Numbered from the stretch's first letter, positions 10,936-24,269 are shown. The stretch is 33,194 bases of DNA from Octopus bimaculoides (GCF_001194135.2 NC_068982.1:87264533-87297726), one strand, 5' to 3'. A program made the numbers and translations. The notes: generated by a model not told the origin, from the letters alone.

Positions 10936-11658
10936 TTTATTAGTTTCAATTGGCAGAAAGCTACCAATTTCATGCACAGTACTTAAACTGTTTGATAAGT
11001 GCTCAAACTCTTAGTCTTGAGTTACTTTCGTAACTTTGTCATGTGTACATTATGTTGAAATCAAAGTTTATACAGATTTCTTTGTATATTATAAAAGTAA
11101 AACAGTACAAATGTGGTTATACATGTTCTTTCTTAGATTAATTCAGAGAAGGTCATTTACAGGGTCCCCAGATTGTAGAGAAAAAGGAAGAAACTACAAC
11201 CCATGGGTTGCTGCAGTAGAAAGCATTGCATCAAGACAATGAGTTATGCTCTAATCTGTCAAAGAATGGAATTTGCAAGAGACAGCTATCAGAGGGTGGT
11301 GTTGAACTGTATGTTTGTGATTAGGTGTCTGAGAGTGTGAGAATTTGAATGTTTTATTTGTGCTGCTTCTTTATGGATATTCAGGACTGAGCTACCATCA
11401 TTTGGTGTGTCACTCTGGTAATAACTATTCTAAGTATAGTTCAATGCCATTGTCCTTGCACCATTAAACAAACTTTAACTTTAAAACACACACACACATT
11501 GATGTGTGTTTTTCACACATGCATATGTTCGCACTCAGGGTATTTGTGAATAAACTTTAGTAAGCCATAAATGGAGGATGACCAAAAGTGGTGTTAGGTA
11601 GCAGGAACCAAATTTTAACATTTTTCATATCTCTTTCAGATGTATTGACAGTCTCAAC

Positions 11659-12040
11659 ATGGCAGGCTTAAATCTGACAAAGGAAACAAAAAGGTATGCT
11701 TGTAGTTCTTTCTACCAAACACATTACTTGGAGATAATTGTCTTCTTGAATGTGGCTAGGCTCTTCAGAGTCATATTCAGATTCAGGAAAGAAACGCAAA
11801 CCTTTGGAGAAATGTGTCATCCATGACCAAGAGATAGAAACATTCTCACAGGTCAGATGTCATCAGGCCAGCTAAATTTGTCCAGCAAGTCTGGAACATC
11901 GTCAACAAAATCTCCAGCAGTTTGACAAGGGTCACTGCCAAGCAGCTCAAGGTGACAAAGTTTACTATCAGATGTCAAGTGCACAAAAACATCAGGTACC
12001 ATCCTAATATAAGAAAAGGGTAGCAAATGTTTGATCAGAC
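11659..12040 (+). pseudogene. Degenerate Tc1/mariner transposase N-terminal (DNA-binding) region
   Basis: ATG at 11659 reads MAGLNLTKETKRYACSSFYQTHYLEIIVFLNVARLFRVIFRFRKE. After a frameshift it reads KHSHRSDVIRPAKFVQQVWNIVNKISSSLTRVTAKQLKVTKFTIRCQVHKNIRYHPNIRKG*Q. This resembles mariner-like consensus ...EIxxFLxVARSFV.KVRKE...RSD.IRTPEFV..V...SMR.IAK.L.VS..TIR..VHEDIRY (recalled). Confidence 0.7.
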
Positions 12041-12288
12041 CAATGAGAACTGTGTGAACATATAATCCCCCTAGCATTGTGATATTGTAGCTGTCATAAC
12101 AGAAGCCCCTGTAAGCTAGATATATATTGGGAAATAGGGTGCTGATATAATGGTGGTGCCAGTGATACTGGCATACAGTCATTTCTATGGCCACAATTGA
12201 GCCATCATTGGGGCTGAATGTGGTTTTGTTAAATGGTCTGTTTCTGGTACTACATATCCATATATACATATAGAGAAAAAGCATACAT

Positions 12289-12343
<55 letters not shown>

Positions 12344-12597
12344 NNNNNNNNNNNNNNNNNNNNNNNNNNNNNNNNNNNNNNNNNNNNNNNNNNNNNNNNN
12401 NNNNNNNNNNNNNNNNNNNNNNNNNNNNNNNNNNNNNNNNNNNNNNNNNNNNNNNNNNNNNNNNNNNNNNNNNNNNNNNNNNNNNNNNNNNNNNNNNNNN
12501 NNNNNNNNNNNNNNNNNNNNNNNNNNNNNNNNNNNNNNNNNNNNNNNNNNNNNNNNNNNNNNNNNNNNNNNNNNNNNNNNNNNNNNNNNNNNNNNNN
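12344..12597. other. Assembly gap (N run) flanked by (TG)n/(TA)n
   Basis: Run of N. Confidence 0.98.
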
Positions 12598-12619
<22 letters not shown>

Positions 12620-12630
<11 letters not shown>

Positions 12631-12693
12631 GGAACATATATACACATACGCACACATATATATATATATATGTATGGGAACATATATACACAT

Positions 12694-12736
<43 letters not shown>

Positions 12737-12741
12737 GGAAC
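12620..12741. repeat. Three-copy minisatellite with core tatgtatgggaaca and variable (TA)/(CA) spacers
   Basis: The core is seen three times at about 12623, 12669 and 12729. Confidence 0.85.
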
Positions 12742-14919
12742 AGCTGGCTGAATTGTAATTTTTCATTATCAATTTACTCGTAGAATTATGTAATAGCATT
12801 TTCTCACACTTTAGTAACTGAGTGAGAGACTAAGAGGCCATGGAATAGTAGTGTTTTATATACAACGCCACCATCACATACATAGAATTTATTAATTACT
12901 AAATATGTAAGTAAATATATCATGACTACAACAGCCACAAATGGTAGTGGATGCCATAATGACTTTTATATAAAAACTGCTGTTTAAAACAAGTATGTAT
13001 GTGTACGTATGCATGCACACGTGTCTGCCATGTGTGTGTGTTGTGTGTGCGTATATATAGTTTTGTTTTTAGAGAACCATAACAGCAGTAATAAACTGGA
13101 CTTCAATATTTTAAATAAACTCTGTTCAAATGTCTTTAAAGATTTTTTTGTTACATTTTTATATCACTTGGAAAAAAATGCAAAGAAATTTAAAAAGAAA
13201 AAAAACAATAAAATTCATAAAAACTGATCAGTTGTGAACTGATCTACAACAGTAGACAGCAAAGAATGAACAAAAGAAGCTTGTTGACATGTAGCAATAA
13301 CAATAAATAAATAAATATGACACTGAAACAATTGTTAATAGGAAGGCACCACCTTACTGCCAAAAAAATGAAGTGCTGGATGGAAGAAGAGTAAAAAACA
13401 TCAAAATTGTAAAAACAACAAATTATGTAGATGCAACAAAAACAAAGTTTGTGAGTATGTTTTTTGAGAACTGCACATCACAGAGAAAGAAGGAGAAAAG
13501 TTTCAGCAACAAGATTTGCATTACTTAAACTCATCTGAGTGGAATAAATGCATTAAGATTGTTAGGCAGCTCACTTTATGCACTGGTGTATGCATGAAGT
13601 GAACTCTTCTCATAAATGCATCTTCAATTTGAGATTCTTAGTTTAACCCTATAATGTCTAATGTTGATAAATTCTTTGGTGCTTTAACAACTAAGCTCAT
13701 GAGAAGCAAAAAGAAAAAAAAGAACCAAGATTTATGTTCTGTAAATATTCATTTCCTTTAAATAAAATTATTACATGTAAGCAATTAAAATGTGGCAGTT
13801 ATTGCCTTGTTTGTCACTTGCCAATTCTTTTTTATTTGTTAATAATTTAGGTATTATGAAGTTAAAAGAGGACAGTAACACTGACTGATCAATATTTTCT
13901 TTTTATCTCAACCACTACATTCAAACTCCCATACTCATAGAAAATAGATTTTCTTTTTACAATCTTTAACACAACCCAAATTTCAATGCATTGAAAATAT
14001 AAAGGCAGTTACGTTGATATTCCGTTTGTTCATTTGTTGTGAAGAGAAATAATTACCAGGTCTTGTCTTGTCTCAGGTGAGCTGACTCTTACTGAGATGC
14101 AAGACTGCCACTTAAGATTTCTAGTGATTATAGTTAATGTACAACAAATGTTCTTTAAAATAACCTCATTCCTACTCCAGCAGCTTTAACCATCAAGGAA
14201 GAGCATGGGTCAATTTCAGACTGAATATGAACTGAGGTTAAATATATTACCAACCCTCTTCAACTTTTTTAATCTCTAGGACAGGACAAACCAAAAATAA
14301 AAGGAATTTTATGCACAGAATAATATTAGGCATAATATGTACCAATTTAAGTCAGAAATCTCTGTCTCAGACTGGTGTTATAATGCCTAATATTTTACAT
14401 TGGAAGCCTTAGCAGTTAACTAATTCATAATTTGATTCTTCTATGTTATGTCTTACTGCTTACATAAAATTCCTGGCCATTAATATATATGCAAAGGCAG
14501 CATAACCTATCATGTTTATATGCTAAGTGACTGACTAGTAATTGTAGAGATGTTTTGTTGCTGCTTAGAGCAATGATCAGGCAAAGAATCTAATTTTCAC
14601 ATTTCCCTTTCTCTCAATACATACAATCATATACACATGTTATATTGAAGACACAATTGTGTTTGAATTTAGCCTTCTTTTATTAAATTATTTTCATAGT
14701 GTTCTAGGTTCTCTAAAATACTAAACAAACATTTTGAGAGTTTCTTCAACGAAAGAAATATTAGTGGCACACTGATGATGCATTTGGCAGCAAGTATCAC
14801 TGGAAAACTCTGAAAACTGATAAAACTGATGTCTTCACATTTAAAGTCAAGAGTTAACTCTTGAAATAAGATCAATGTTCTTTAACAAAGTACCTGTTGC
14901 AGATTCAGTTTCCTTTGCA

Positions 14920-15238
14920 AAAATATGTGCCTATGGTGGTGAAATGCTTAGGGTGTAGGTCAGTCATAAGCCCTAGGATATATAAAGCCAGAGCTTAACC
15001 CAATTTCTATGGTGTATAAGTAACTGAAATTGCAATACTTTCACCAGAATGGGATGTTGATCCATTGCAGGGTTAACTTCCCAGCTATTAATGGAACTCA
15101 TTTACAGCTAACTGGAGCAGCATGAAATGAAATGTTTTGCTCAAGAACACAATGCATTGTCCAGTTCAGGAATCAAAACCATGATCTTATGATTCTAAGT
15201 TTAATACCCTAACCACTAGGCCACACATCTTCACAGTG
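14920..15238 (-). mobile_element. tRNA-derived SINE (head related to 7320 family)
   Basis: Reverse complement begins gtgaagatgtgtggcctagtggttagggt...ttttgattcctgaactggacaatgcattgtgttcttgagcaaaacatttcatttc. Confidence 0.65.
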
Positions 15239-15299
15239 ACCATTAAGTGGTGAAATATTTAATGCAAAAATTAACTGAGCAGTTTTCCAGGCACCATTC

Positions 15300-15525
15300 T
15301 CTGTGGATTCAGGGATGCTACAATCATGGAGGTATTTACCTCTTATTAATTGCTGGCATAATCTTGGCAAGAATACACCTGAACCACTTCATTCCCCATC
15401 TTACCAGTAACAATCTCCTGCCAGTAAACCAATGTGTTTTTTTTTTCTATGACTGGGGCACAACTGATAAGATCTTTGTAGTAAGTCAGATCCAGAACTG
15501 TATAGATCAAAATCAGATTGTTTAG
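15300..15525 (+). pseudogene. RTE LINE reverse-transcriptase fragment
   Basis: NHGGIYLLLIAGIILARIHLNHFIPHLTSNNLLPVNQCVFF...GTTDKIFVVSQIQNCIDQNQ is a decayed NYRGISLLSIAGKILARILLNRL...LPESQCGFR..RGT.DMIF..RQLQEKC.EQN. Confidence 0.8.
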
Positions 15526-15904
15526 TTTGTTAGTTTCATTGGAAACAGAATTAACTAGAAAATTTTTATGAGTGACAGTAAATATTGATAAAATTGTTTA
15601 TAATAACTGTCTTATATTCAAACAAATTTCTTTATGGCATCAAACAAACAAAAAGCTGCTTAATTTCATTAAGTTCAAGGGAACTAGTATTTTCAGCCCC
15701 CAATTGAATATTTACTTGCTTTCAGTTTCAAAGGATGAAGAGACTTCCTAAATATGTATGTTAATTTGTTGAAGAAATAACAGTAATAATAAAAGTTAGT
15801 GACAACATACACTTATACATATATATGATGTAGTCACACACACATACACACACACAAAAATTTAACACATAAGGGAGAATTACTTGGAATGATCGTGAAA
15901 GCTA

Positions 15905-16130
15905 AGACAATAACAATAATAATAATTTGGGCACAAGGCCAGAAGTTTTAAGGGTGAGGGGAAGCAGATTTCATCAACTCCAGTGCTCAACTTGTACTTA
16001 ACCCCAAAAGGATGAAAGGGGGAAAAATCAACCACAGCAGTATTTGAACACAGAATGTAAAGAATCAGAAAAAATACCATCAAACATTCTCTCTGACATG
16101 TTAACAATTCTGCCAGCTTGCTTAGTGATA
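15905..16130 (-). mobile_element. CpG-eroded SINE (3424 family) with (ATT)n tail
   Basis: gcacaaggccag...aaaggatgaaagg...ttgaacacagaa...taacaattctgccagcttgc. Confidence 0.7.
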
Positions 16131-16494
16131 ATAGTGGTACAACTATGTATAACAAATGATTTATTGAACGAGTTAATATACAAGTTGTAAAAAGTTCAGC
16201 TCCAGCTGTGCTCCTAAAGAATAAATTAATGCTGAAGCTTACAAGTAACAGCTGGTTTCCTTCTTTGAAACAACTACAAACATCAAGGTGGTTGTTTTAA
16301 ACATTTAATTTGCATGCAAGAAATTACTACATCATTCCTTCATTGAAGGAAGAAATACTGTATTAGAAGTGTAGGAGGAATAAAACATCACCACAGGTGT
16401 AATACATGTGTGACATTAACAGATAAAGAGAATTTCTACACAGTTGCTCAAGCCACATCTTTCTTAAATTACATCCTCCCATCTTAATAACAGT

Positions 16495-16706
16495 ACTTTC
16501 TACTATAGGCACAAAGCCTAAAATTTGCGGGGAGGAGAGCTATCGATTACATCAACCCCAGTGCATAACTGGTACTTAATTTATCAACCCCGAAAGGATG
16601 CAAAGCAAAGTCGACACTGGCAGCATTTGAACTCAGAATGTGAAGAAAGATAAAATACCATTAAGCATTTCATCCTGCATGCTAACAATTCTGTCAGCTT
16701 GCTACC

Positions 16707-16710
<4 letters not shown>
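16495..16710 (-). mobile_element. CpG-eroded SINE (3424 family), head abutting a (TAA)n tract
   Basis: Aligns along the whole length of the 3424 copy. (taa)n at 16709-16737. Confidence 0.75.
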
Positions 16711-16740
<30 letters not shown>

Positions 16741-17558
16741 GCTATGTAGTTTGAGTAACAACATGTCTGAATAAGAGTTGGGATGATTGTAACTGGAGTT
16801 TCTTTGATTATACATCTGCTCAACGGGTACTGAACAACAACAACACCAACAGAATAAACTTCAGGACTTAAAGTGAAACAAAATGTCTCTCTAAATGTAG
16901 GACATTTGTTGAGAATATGAGAAATGTGATTATAAATCAAAACTAATCACCAAATGTATTCAAAAAGTTATCATTAGGCAATGTGTAAAAGAGCATGCAG
17001 TGATTAATGCATAAATGTGCATGCATTGAAAGTATGTATCTGCATAAAAGCAATCATTAACAGAATGCCTTTATCAACCTGTATTACATGTAAAATATGT
17101 AGCTTTTATCAAGTTAAAAGAAATTTATTGATTGTCTGCATGTATGTGTGTGTTTACTTTTTACTTCCTTCACAAATCTCTTCAGATGGATCTTAAATAT
17201 CTGTGAGAATCAATAGTTCTATGATATAATATCAATACCAATAATGAGGCAGGTGGTCGATGTAAGGTCTATTAACCAAATACCAACTAGCGAAGTTCTC
17301 CCCCCCCCCCCTGCTTATCCTATAATCTTGAAATCTAAAACCCAAATAAACTGTAAGTATTGAAAAATAGATAGAACTATCACTATTAAAAACTGAACCA
17401 ACACCAACTGTTGCAGCTATTTATGGTCAAGAATCTTCAGTTATTTATACTTCTTGAAAATGATTCTGCTTTAGTCGGAAGTGAGAAAAGAAGAAAAGGA
17501 AGGAGATGGTAGTACAAGGAAGAGTTCACTATAATTCACACCTCCATTCCTTAGCTTA

Positions 17559-17594
<36 letters not shown>

Positions 17595-17799
17595 AAAGGG
17601 CCTCAGTTCATATTTAAAATAATCACCCAGCAGTCGTGCCAGTAAACTTAAAATTTCTATTAAGAGACAAATTGGGCTGCCACTTGATTAGCTCTACTCA
17701 CTTTATCAGACATCTTCAGTAATAAATACAGAGAAACCCAGCAGATGTAAGGTTAGCATTGATGAACAACAAACTACAAGTGAAACAAGATATAAAACA

Positions 17800-18068
17800 G
17801 AGGAAAAAGAAATCCTATGCAGTGAATAAGAGAGAAGACTGCACTGTCAGAGACATGTGATGTGTATGAAGGATGACTGCAAGATGAAGAAATATGACAC
17901 AATCTGAACGGAGAGAACCTGTGGAAGAAGACAAAGGAACAAATGAAAGCTGGTTTCAGTAAGCGGGACTTCACAAAGGAGATGACAAGAGACTGTAATA
18001 GGTAGTGGGATGCTGTACTGTAAAGACCCACAAATAGATGGAAAATATGGTCATGAAATGATGATGGT
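17800..18068 (+). pseudogene. RTE LINE 3' remnant
   Basis: ERRLHCQRHVMCMKDDCKMKKY...RTCGRR and KAGFSKRDFTKEMTRD..WDAVL match a decayed ERRLRWYGHVMRM..D..VKKC...EGTCGRGRPRKTW...KADL...LTKEMT.DR..W. Ends in ggaaaatatggtcatgaaatgatgatg. Confidence 0.65.
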
Positions 18069-18739
18069 ATCTTCACAAAGATAAACACAATATGTTGGGG
18101 AAAGCACTGCAAAAATCCTGAATTATTCTGTTGCTGATAGAAAAGCATTTTCCAGCAATCAGCTGTTTCTCATCCAGTTCTAGCAATTATGGAAAGTCTA
18201 TTGAGAAAGAAACCAGCTTTAGGTCAGCAAAACACATTCTGGATTAATATTTTGTTACCAGCAGGATGGAGTAGAATTTGTCAAAACAGAGATGTAGCAT
18301 GGAAAAAGCTCAAGCAAATCGAATCTGTGTTCGAAGCTTTCAAGTACAAGCTGCAGAATCTTCTGGCAACTATTGTTAACTTCGGTATATCAAATACAGA
18401 GTGGGTTCCACCACTGTTCAAGATTATCCATGAATGTTATGTGACACAGGAAGAGGAAGACAAGTAGTCAGTATAAGAGTTATTGAAGTTAATTGTGACA
18501 CAAGATAACTATAAATCAGTACTGAATCTTAGTGGAAAGGAGAAACTTTTTAGACGAGACATTGTCAATAACTGTTTGGAATTCATTACTTTCTTTCCTT
18601 TTACTCTTAAGTTTCATTCATTGAGTTTTTGTTTAAGGTCTCTGTTTAAATGATTAGATTGAGACCAGTATTATATTGATTTTACTAAATGATACAAGTC
18701 TTGCCAATGCAGACCAACACCAGTCTCTTAGGAGTCTGA

Positions 18740-18902
18740 CCAAAGCAAACTAAATGGAAGAAACTTGAGAAAGATGAAGAGGTGATGAAAGCTGAACCTG
18801 ATGAAGGAGACGACCAGGGTCCACAACAAGTGGCAAAACATTGAAGAAAGCCCATTCAACCCATGCCAGCATGGGAAAAGTGGATAAAACAATGATAATA
18901 AC
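18740..18902 (+). mobile_element. RTE-type 3' end fragment
   Basis: caacccatgccagcatgggaaaagtggataaaacaatgataataac terminal motif, preceded by a decayed gaggtgatgaaagctga...gaaggagacgacc. Confidence 0.55.
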
Positions 18903-20292
18903 AATTGTTAACAAACAAACTTAGAGCAGATCTGTATCAAAGCAAGTGAAAGTCAAGTCAACCCTGCCCCACACCCTCTATTTAGCTTCATTCAGAAATC
19001 CAATACTGTTTGAAGGTACACTTTTGATTTGTAATCATATTAATATATTCATCAATCCAATTTGGTTTAGGGCTTTATTCCAGTTTTGATGTATTATCTT
19101 AAAATAAAATTTAATGTATATGTATAAAAGAAAGAAAGCAAATGTATATAAATAGCATGACTAAAAAGCTACCAGTTTATGTTATAAAATTAGAAAACTC
19201 ATCACTGTAAATGGTTGATGAAATATTTCAATGTATTTTTCTTTTCTTTTTTTTTTTATTGTACTTGGTGAATCAAATTATATTTATGAGCTGCAACTAA
19301 AAATTAACTGTGATTTAGTTTTGTGTTAGTTATCTAAAATATATAATTTCTTCTGAAAATATATTAACTTTCTAATATGAAAAAGAATTAGACAAAAATA
19401 TAGAAGGATCCAAAAGCATATTACAGCTGGATTCATTTGTGGAAGACTTTAATCTAAGACTGACTACAAGAAAAATTTTGAAACTTATTTAGAAAAAAAA
19501 AAAAGAAAAAATCTTTATGGAAAGATAAAAATCTTCAATGAAAATATCTAATTCAATTCTGAGATTCCATAATCAAGAATTTTTGTCAACAGTACATATA
19601 ATGTAATCATTATTTCAACCTTTGTCTAAAATAGTGAAATAAAAGTAGGCATCTAGATTTAGACAGATAATACATTGGATTCAGCACAAGAAATCAGGGT
19701 AGTTTAGTGGGGGGGGGAATAGAGGAATATTTTAATAGAGAATTTTAATATTTCCTGAAGTTAAATTTCAAAGCTATCTTAGAGCCTCAGAATTATCTAG
19801 AATATCTTACACAATTATCAGGTTTATAACAAATAAAAAGAACATTTATTTTGGAAATGTCTAACAAAAACAAACAAAATGAATTTCATGAAATATGAAA
19901 ATATTAAATAAAATCATGAAATCAATACTGAAATATAAGTGAAAAGTAAACTGCAGATTATGACCAAAGAATGAAAGACTTCTGGTATGGCATTGCTAAT
20001 CTACAGTGTCAGCAAGCAGATAGGAGGGAAAGAAATTCAACAGAATCAATAGATTTATGTATCAACTATAATATGTATATATATTTATCAACAGTGACAT
20101 GGAAAATTGCTTATAACAGGGAAGAGAAGGTTTATCATGAAATACAAGTGAAACATTTGGATCATTCAGAATAGAAGTTTTCTTTGCCATTACTAGTCTG
20201 CTGCAAAATACTTTCCTTCCTCTTTTTTTCCTCAGCTTTGGCATCATTTATCTTCTTTCAGTCATCACATTGTTTTTCTTTTTTTTTTTTTT

Positions 20293-21255
20293 NNNNNNNN
20301 NNNNNNNNNNNNNNNNNNNNNNNNNNNNNNNNNNNNNNNNNNNNNNNNNNNNNNNNNNNNNNNNNNNNNNNNNNNNNNNNNNNNNNNNNNNNNNNNNNNN
20401 NNNNNNNNNNNNNNNNNNNNNNNNNNNNNNNNNNNNNNNNNNNNNNNNNNNNNNNNNNNNNNNNNNNNNNNNNNNNNNNNNNNNNNNNNNNNNNNNNNNN
20501 NNNNNNNNNNNNNNNNNNNNNNNNNNNNNNNNNNNNNNNNNNNNNNNNNNNNNNNNNNNNNNNNNNNNNNNNNNNNNNNNNNNNNNNNNNNNNNNNNNNN
20601 NNNNNNNNNNNNNNNNNNNNNNNNNNNNNNNNNNNNNNNNNNNNNNNNNNNNNNNNNNNNNNNNNNNNNNNNNNNNNNNNNNNNNNNNNNNNNNNNNNNN
20701 NNNNNNNNNNNNNNNNNNNNNNNNNNNNNNNNNNNNNNNNNNNNNNNNNNNNNNNNNNNNNNNNNNNNNNNNNNNNNNNNNNNNNNNNNNNNNNNNNNNN
20801 NNNNNNNNNNNNNNNNNNNNNNNNNNNNNNNNNNNNNNNNNNNNNNNNNNNNNNNNNNNNNNNNNNNNNNNNNNNNNNNNNNNNNNNNNNNNNNNNNNNN
20901 NNNNNNNNNNNNNNNNNNNNNNNNNNNNNNNNNNNNNNNNNNNNNNNNNNNNNNNNNNNNNNNNNNNNNNNNNNNNNNNNNNNNNNNNNNNNNNNNNNNN
21001 NNNNNNNNNNNNNNNNNNNNNNNNNNNNNNNNNNNNNNNNNNNNNNNNNNNNNNNNNNNNNNNNNNNNNNNNNNNNNNNNNNNNNNNNNNNNNNNNNNNN
21101 NNNNNNNNNNNNNNNNNNNNNNNNNNNNNNNNNNNNNNNNNNNNNNNNNNNNNNNNNNNNNNNNNNNNNNNNNNNNNNNNNNNNNNNNNNNNNNNNNNNN
21201 NNNNNNNNNNNNNNNNNNNNNNNNNNNNNNNNNNNNNNNNNNNNNNNNNNNNNNN
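20293..21255. other. Assembly gap (N run) between poly-T and (TA)n
   Basis: Run of N. Confidence 0.98.
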
Positions 21256-21298
<43 letters not shown>

Positions 21299-21699
21299 TA
21301 TAAAACAAAGATATTGAAATGTTACCTTAGAAATATATAAATTGTCCTGATATTGCAAGTTAAAATCTCCTTTTCAAAATTTTAATGAGATAAATTACAT
21401 GTCCATTTTGTTGCTGTCAGATCCTAATAAAATTACAGTGTTTTTAAAGGGTGTAGACATTTGATGTTTCAACTGTGTTCCATGATCTACATTTCATTGT
21501 GGGTTGTGTGCACAAGAGAAAAGTGGGTCAAGAACTGTGAATCATTGTATTCACAGCATCTATTGACATTCATTCAATTAGAGCTGGTTGTTGACTGTGG
21601 GTTTGCTATTTTCTTTTTTTTATCAAAATAGCTTTTTAGTTATTGATATTGTGTATCAGACTATAATGTTTTTGCATTTGTCAAGATGGATTTTAAAAA

Positions 21700-21960
21700 G
21701 ATTAGTGTGCATGCGTTGAGATACTCTTTGATCTGAATGTGTAGTGGCCAAATAGTACTGCCAATGTACAACTGGCACACTTGATCTCATATGTAGGCAT
21801 ATGACAGTTAGCAAGCCAGCATAGGATTATGTTATGAGTGAAGTGGTAGTGGTGGTCGTGGGGTTCTTCAACAGATATTTCCACAGGGAAATATCCTGAG
21901 AGGGCTAGCCATATATTTAGCTCTCTCTTCTGTGGAAAGCTTTGCAAATGGCAGTGTTTG
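21700..21960 (-). pseudogene. Penelope-like element remnant (GIY-YIG endonuclease region)
   Basis: Minus strand gives TYEIKCASC and, after a frameshift, LYIGSTIWPLHIQIKEYLN. This matches the Penelope GIY-YIG pattern VYxIxCxxCxxxYIGxTxRxLxxRIKEH. Confidence 0.6.
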
Positions 21961-22114
21961 TATTCTGACTAAAGTGTAGCAGCTTCAAGAAACAAGTGTT
22001 AGAAGAAAGATTTCATTTTGAAGTGGGGTTTGGGGCTTAGAAGATGACTGATAACATGCTGAGTATCTGTTGATTTTCAGTAACTTTTCGAATTGTCTAG
22101 TAGGAATGGTCCAA

Positions 22115-22345
22115 TCTTCTGTTTATCTTTTATCTGTTTCAGTCATCAGACTATGGCCATGCTGGGGCACCATCTTCAAGAATTTTAGTTGAATAACTCG
22201 ACCCCAGTACTTTTTATTAAGTCTGGCACTTATACTAGCAATCTCTTATGCTGAACTGCTAAGTTATAGGGATGTAAATACACAAACACCAGTTGTCAAG
22301 GAGTGGGGGGAGGAGACAAAGACACGTGCACGCATCCACAGATCT
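22115..22345 (-). mobile_element. 3' half of SINE of the 651-1132 family
   Basis: tttcagtcatcagactatggccatgctggggcacc...gaccccagtac...gctgaactgctaagttatagggatgtaaatacacaaacaccagttgtcaag is the reverse complement of the family 3' half. Confidence 0.7.
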
Positions 22346-24269
22346 ACTGTGGATGAACAGATCCTTAGAAGTAGCTTTCTGGTAAAATTTGGTTTTGAAA
22401 TTACAATGATTTTGAGTTGGAAATCAAATGGAGGGAGGAATCTAGTGCAACTGGGAGGTTCAAAACCGAATCCAATACAATTCCAAAAAGGTAATGGAAA
22501 TCAACAGATACATAGCATCCATTGTCTCACCTCCACTCTCCAAAAACATGAAAATCTTTTAGTTGAACATCCCAGTCAATGCCCCCAATTCATTGGTTAC
22601 TGGTTTTCAATCTGCTGTCTTATGGTACCACAGATGGAATGGCATTTGAATTATTGGAGCTGCTGTTATAAGTTGTGTGTATGAAGGCTAGCAGGCTGAA
22701 TGTTCAAGGTCACTGTCAAGTCTCTTTTGTATTGTAAAAGCTTAAACATGTACTCTACTAAAAAGTATAGAGTAATTTCTCAGTTCAACGTCAAATTGTC
22801 TTTTATATATAACTTGACATGAAAACAAATTAATAATCATTTGTTTAGATAGACAACAATGCATGTAGCAAAATTTGAACTTGTCTTGCAGTGGATTACA
22901 TCAAGTATCTTAACTATTTTCTCTCTGTAATTACAAGGTATTTATATATTTGAAAATTCTGACTATTGTACATTTAGTCTATTGATATTAGTCTTTAGCT
23001 CCTTGAAATTTGTAGCAATCACACACATGCATGCACACACACACATGCACACAGAGAGGTATTTAGTAGCATAAATTTTGTAGGTAAATAGCTCGAATAG
23101 ATTAAGGAAGTGTTCATGGAAGGATCTGAACTCGTGATCATCACTTAATCCACATGATCACAAAGTCTACACTTTTCTCATATATATTCTATACTAATCC
23201 TTGGTTTAAACCTATTTATTACCTTTCCCCTTTTAAATCACTTTATGGTCTGCAATACTCATGGCCAGCTTAATTTACCAACAAGAATTAATGTTCATAT
23301 TAAAATTCAGCATTGCAAATTTTCGTATACATTTCATATGCAAATTAAAACATTTAAAATCTTTGAAAAACCAAAACAAAAGTAAGAAAGCTGAAACAAA
23401 GTATTTTATAGAACGTGATAATCAGCTGAATCAAACAAGGCAAAGCTTTATTATTCTATGAGAATGATAATGCTTTGCTTTGATGCAACTAAACTAAGAA
23501 TTTTTAATTAATAGAATGAAATTGATTAAGAGCAGTGAGTTGATGTGAAGGATATTAAATGAATAAATTAAGCCATGCAATGTCAAAGTAAATGAAATGG
23601 GAAATAATGATGTTTAGTGAACTATAACTAGAAAACATAGCAAAGGTTTGTGCACAAGATAGCTTAGTGAATATGTTGTGAAGAAGAAGAAAAACTAGTG
23701 AGCAAGTCAAAGTAGAAAGCAAATAGTATAACATGTTATTGCAGAAGATGCATAAAAATGAAAAAGATGCATGAAAAGAGAAATAAGTTTGTTGTTGTTG
23801 ATTTTGTTTGCAAGTAGTCCTGGTCAGCTGTGATTAAGCAGACCTACAACATAGAGATGGCCAATATTTAAGAGTAACACACAGGTCTAGCATCCAATAC
23901 ATATGTTCTACTTATGGACATATGAGGGTAACACTGTGATGTAAGTATTTATGTGTTGCTGGACGTAACAGAAGAAAGTTACTAATCACTGGTTTTGTTG
24001 AAAACTGTTTCAATTCCAAAAGTTAGAGATCTTAGCACCTTTCTTTCAGCAATATATTTCTTGAGACTATAACATGAAATTTTCTTTGACTCAAAAGTAT
24101 TAGAGTGGAGAAAATGTAGTTACACACACATGGTAAATAGACAAAAAACTAGCAAGCTTGTCATGTGTGTGTGTGTTCACGCGTGCGCGTGTGTGCGTGC
24201 ATTACATTTCTTGTTATGACTTCAGCTTCTTGAAATTTGTAGCTCTGCACATTTGAAGACCTGTGGAAT

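Noticed and set aside
11640-11692. MAGLNLTKETK as a TOMM7-like first exon
   Set aside because: The frame continues into mariner-type transposase sequence (FLNVARLF...RKE), and no downstream WGFIP exon was found.
11853-12799. Several 150-280 aa ORFs
   Set aside because: Read-through of an N gap and dinucleotide repeats.
13310-13530. ~70-codon plus frame (KAPPYCQKNEVLDGRRVKNIKIVKTTNYVDATKTKF) ending at a GTGAGT
   Set aside because: No polypyrimidine tract at the acceptor and no recognisable homology. Could be chance or an old transposon.
20184-21358. 341-377 aa ORFs
   Set aside because: Almost entirely X from the 963-nt gap.
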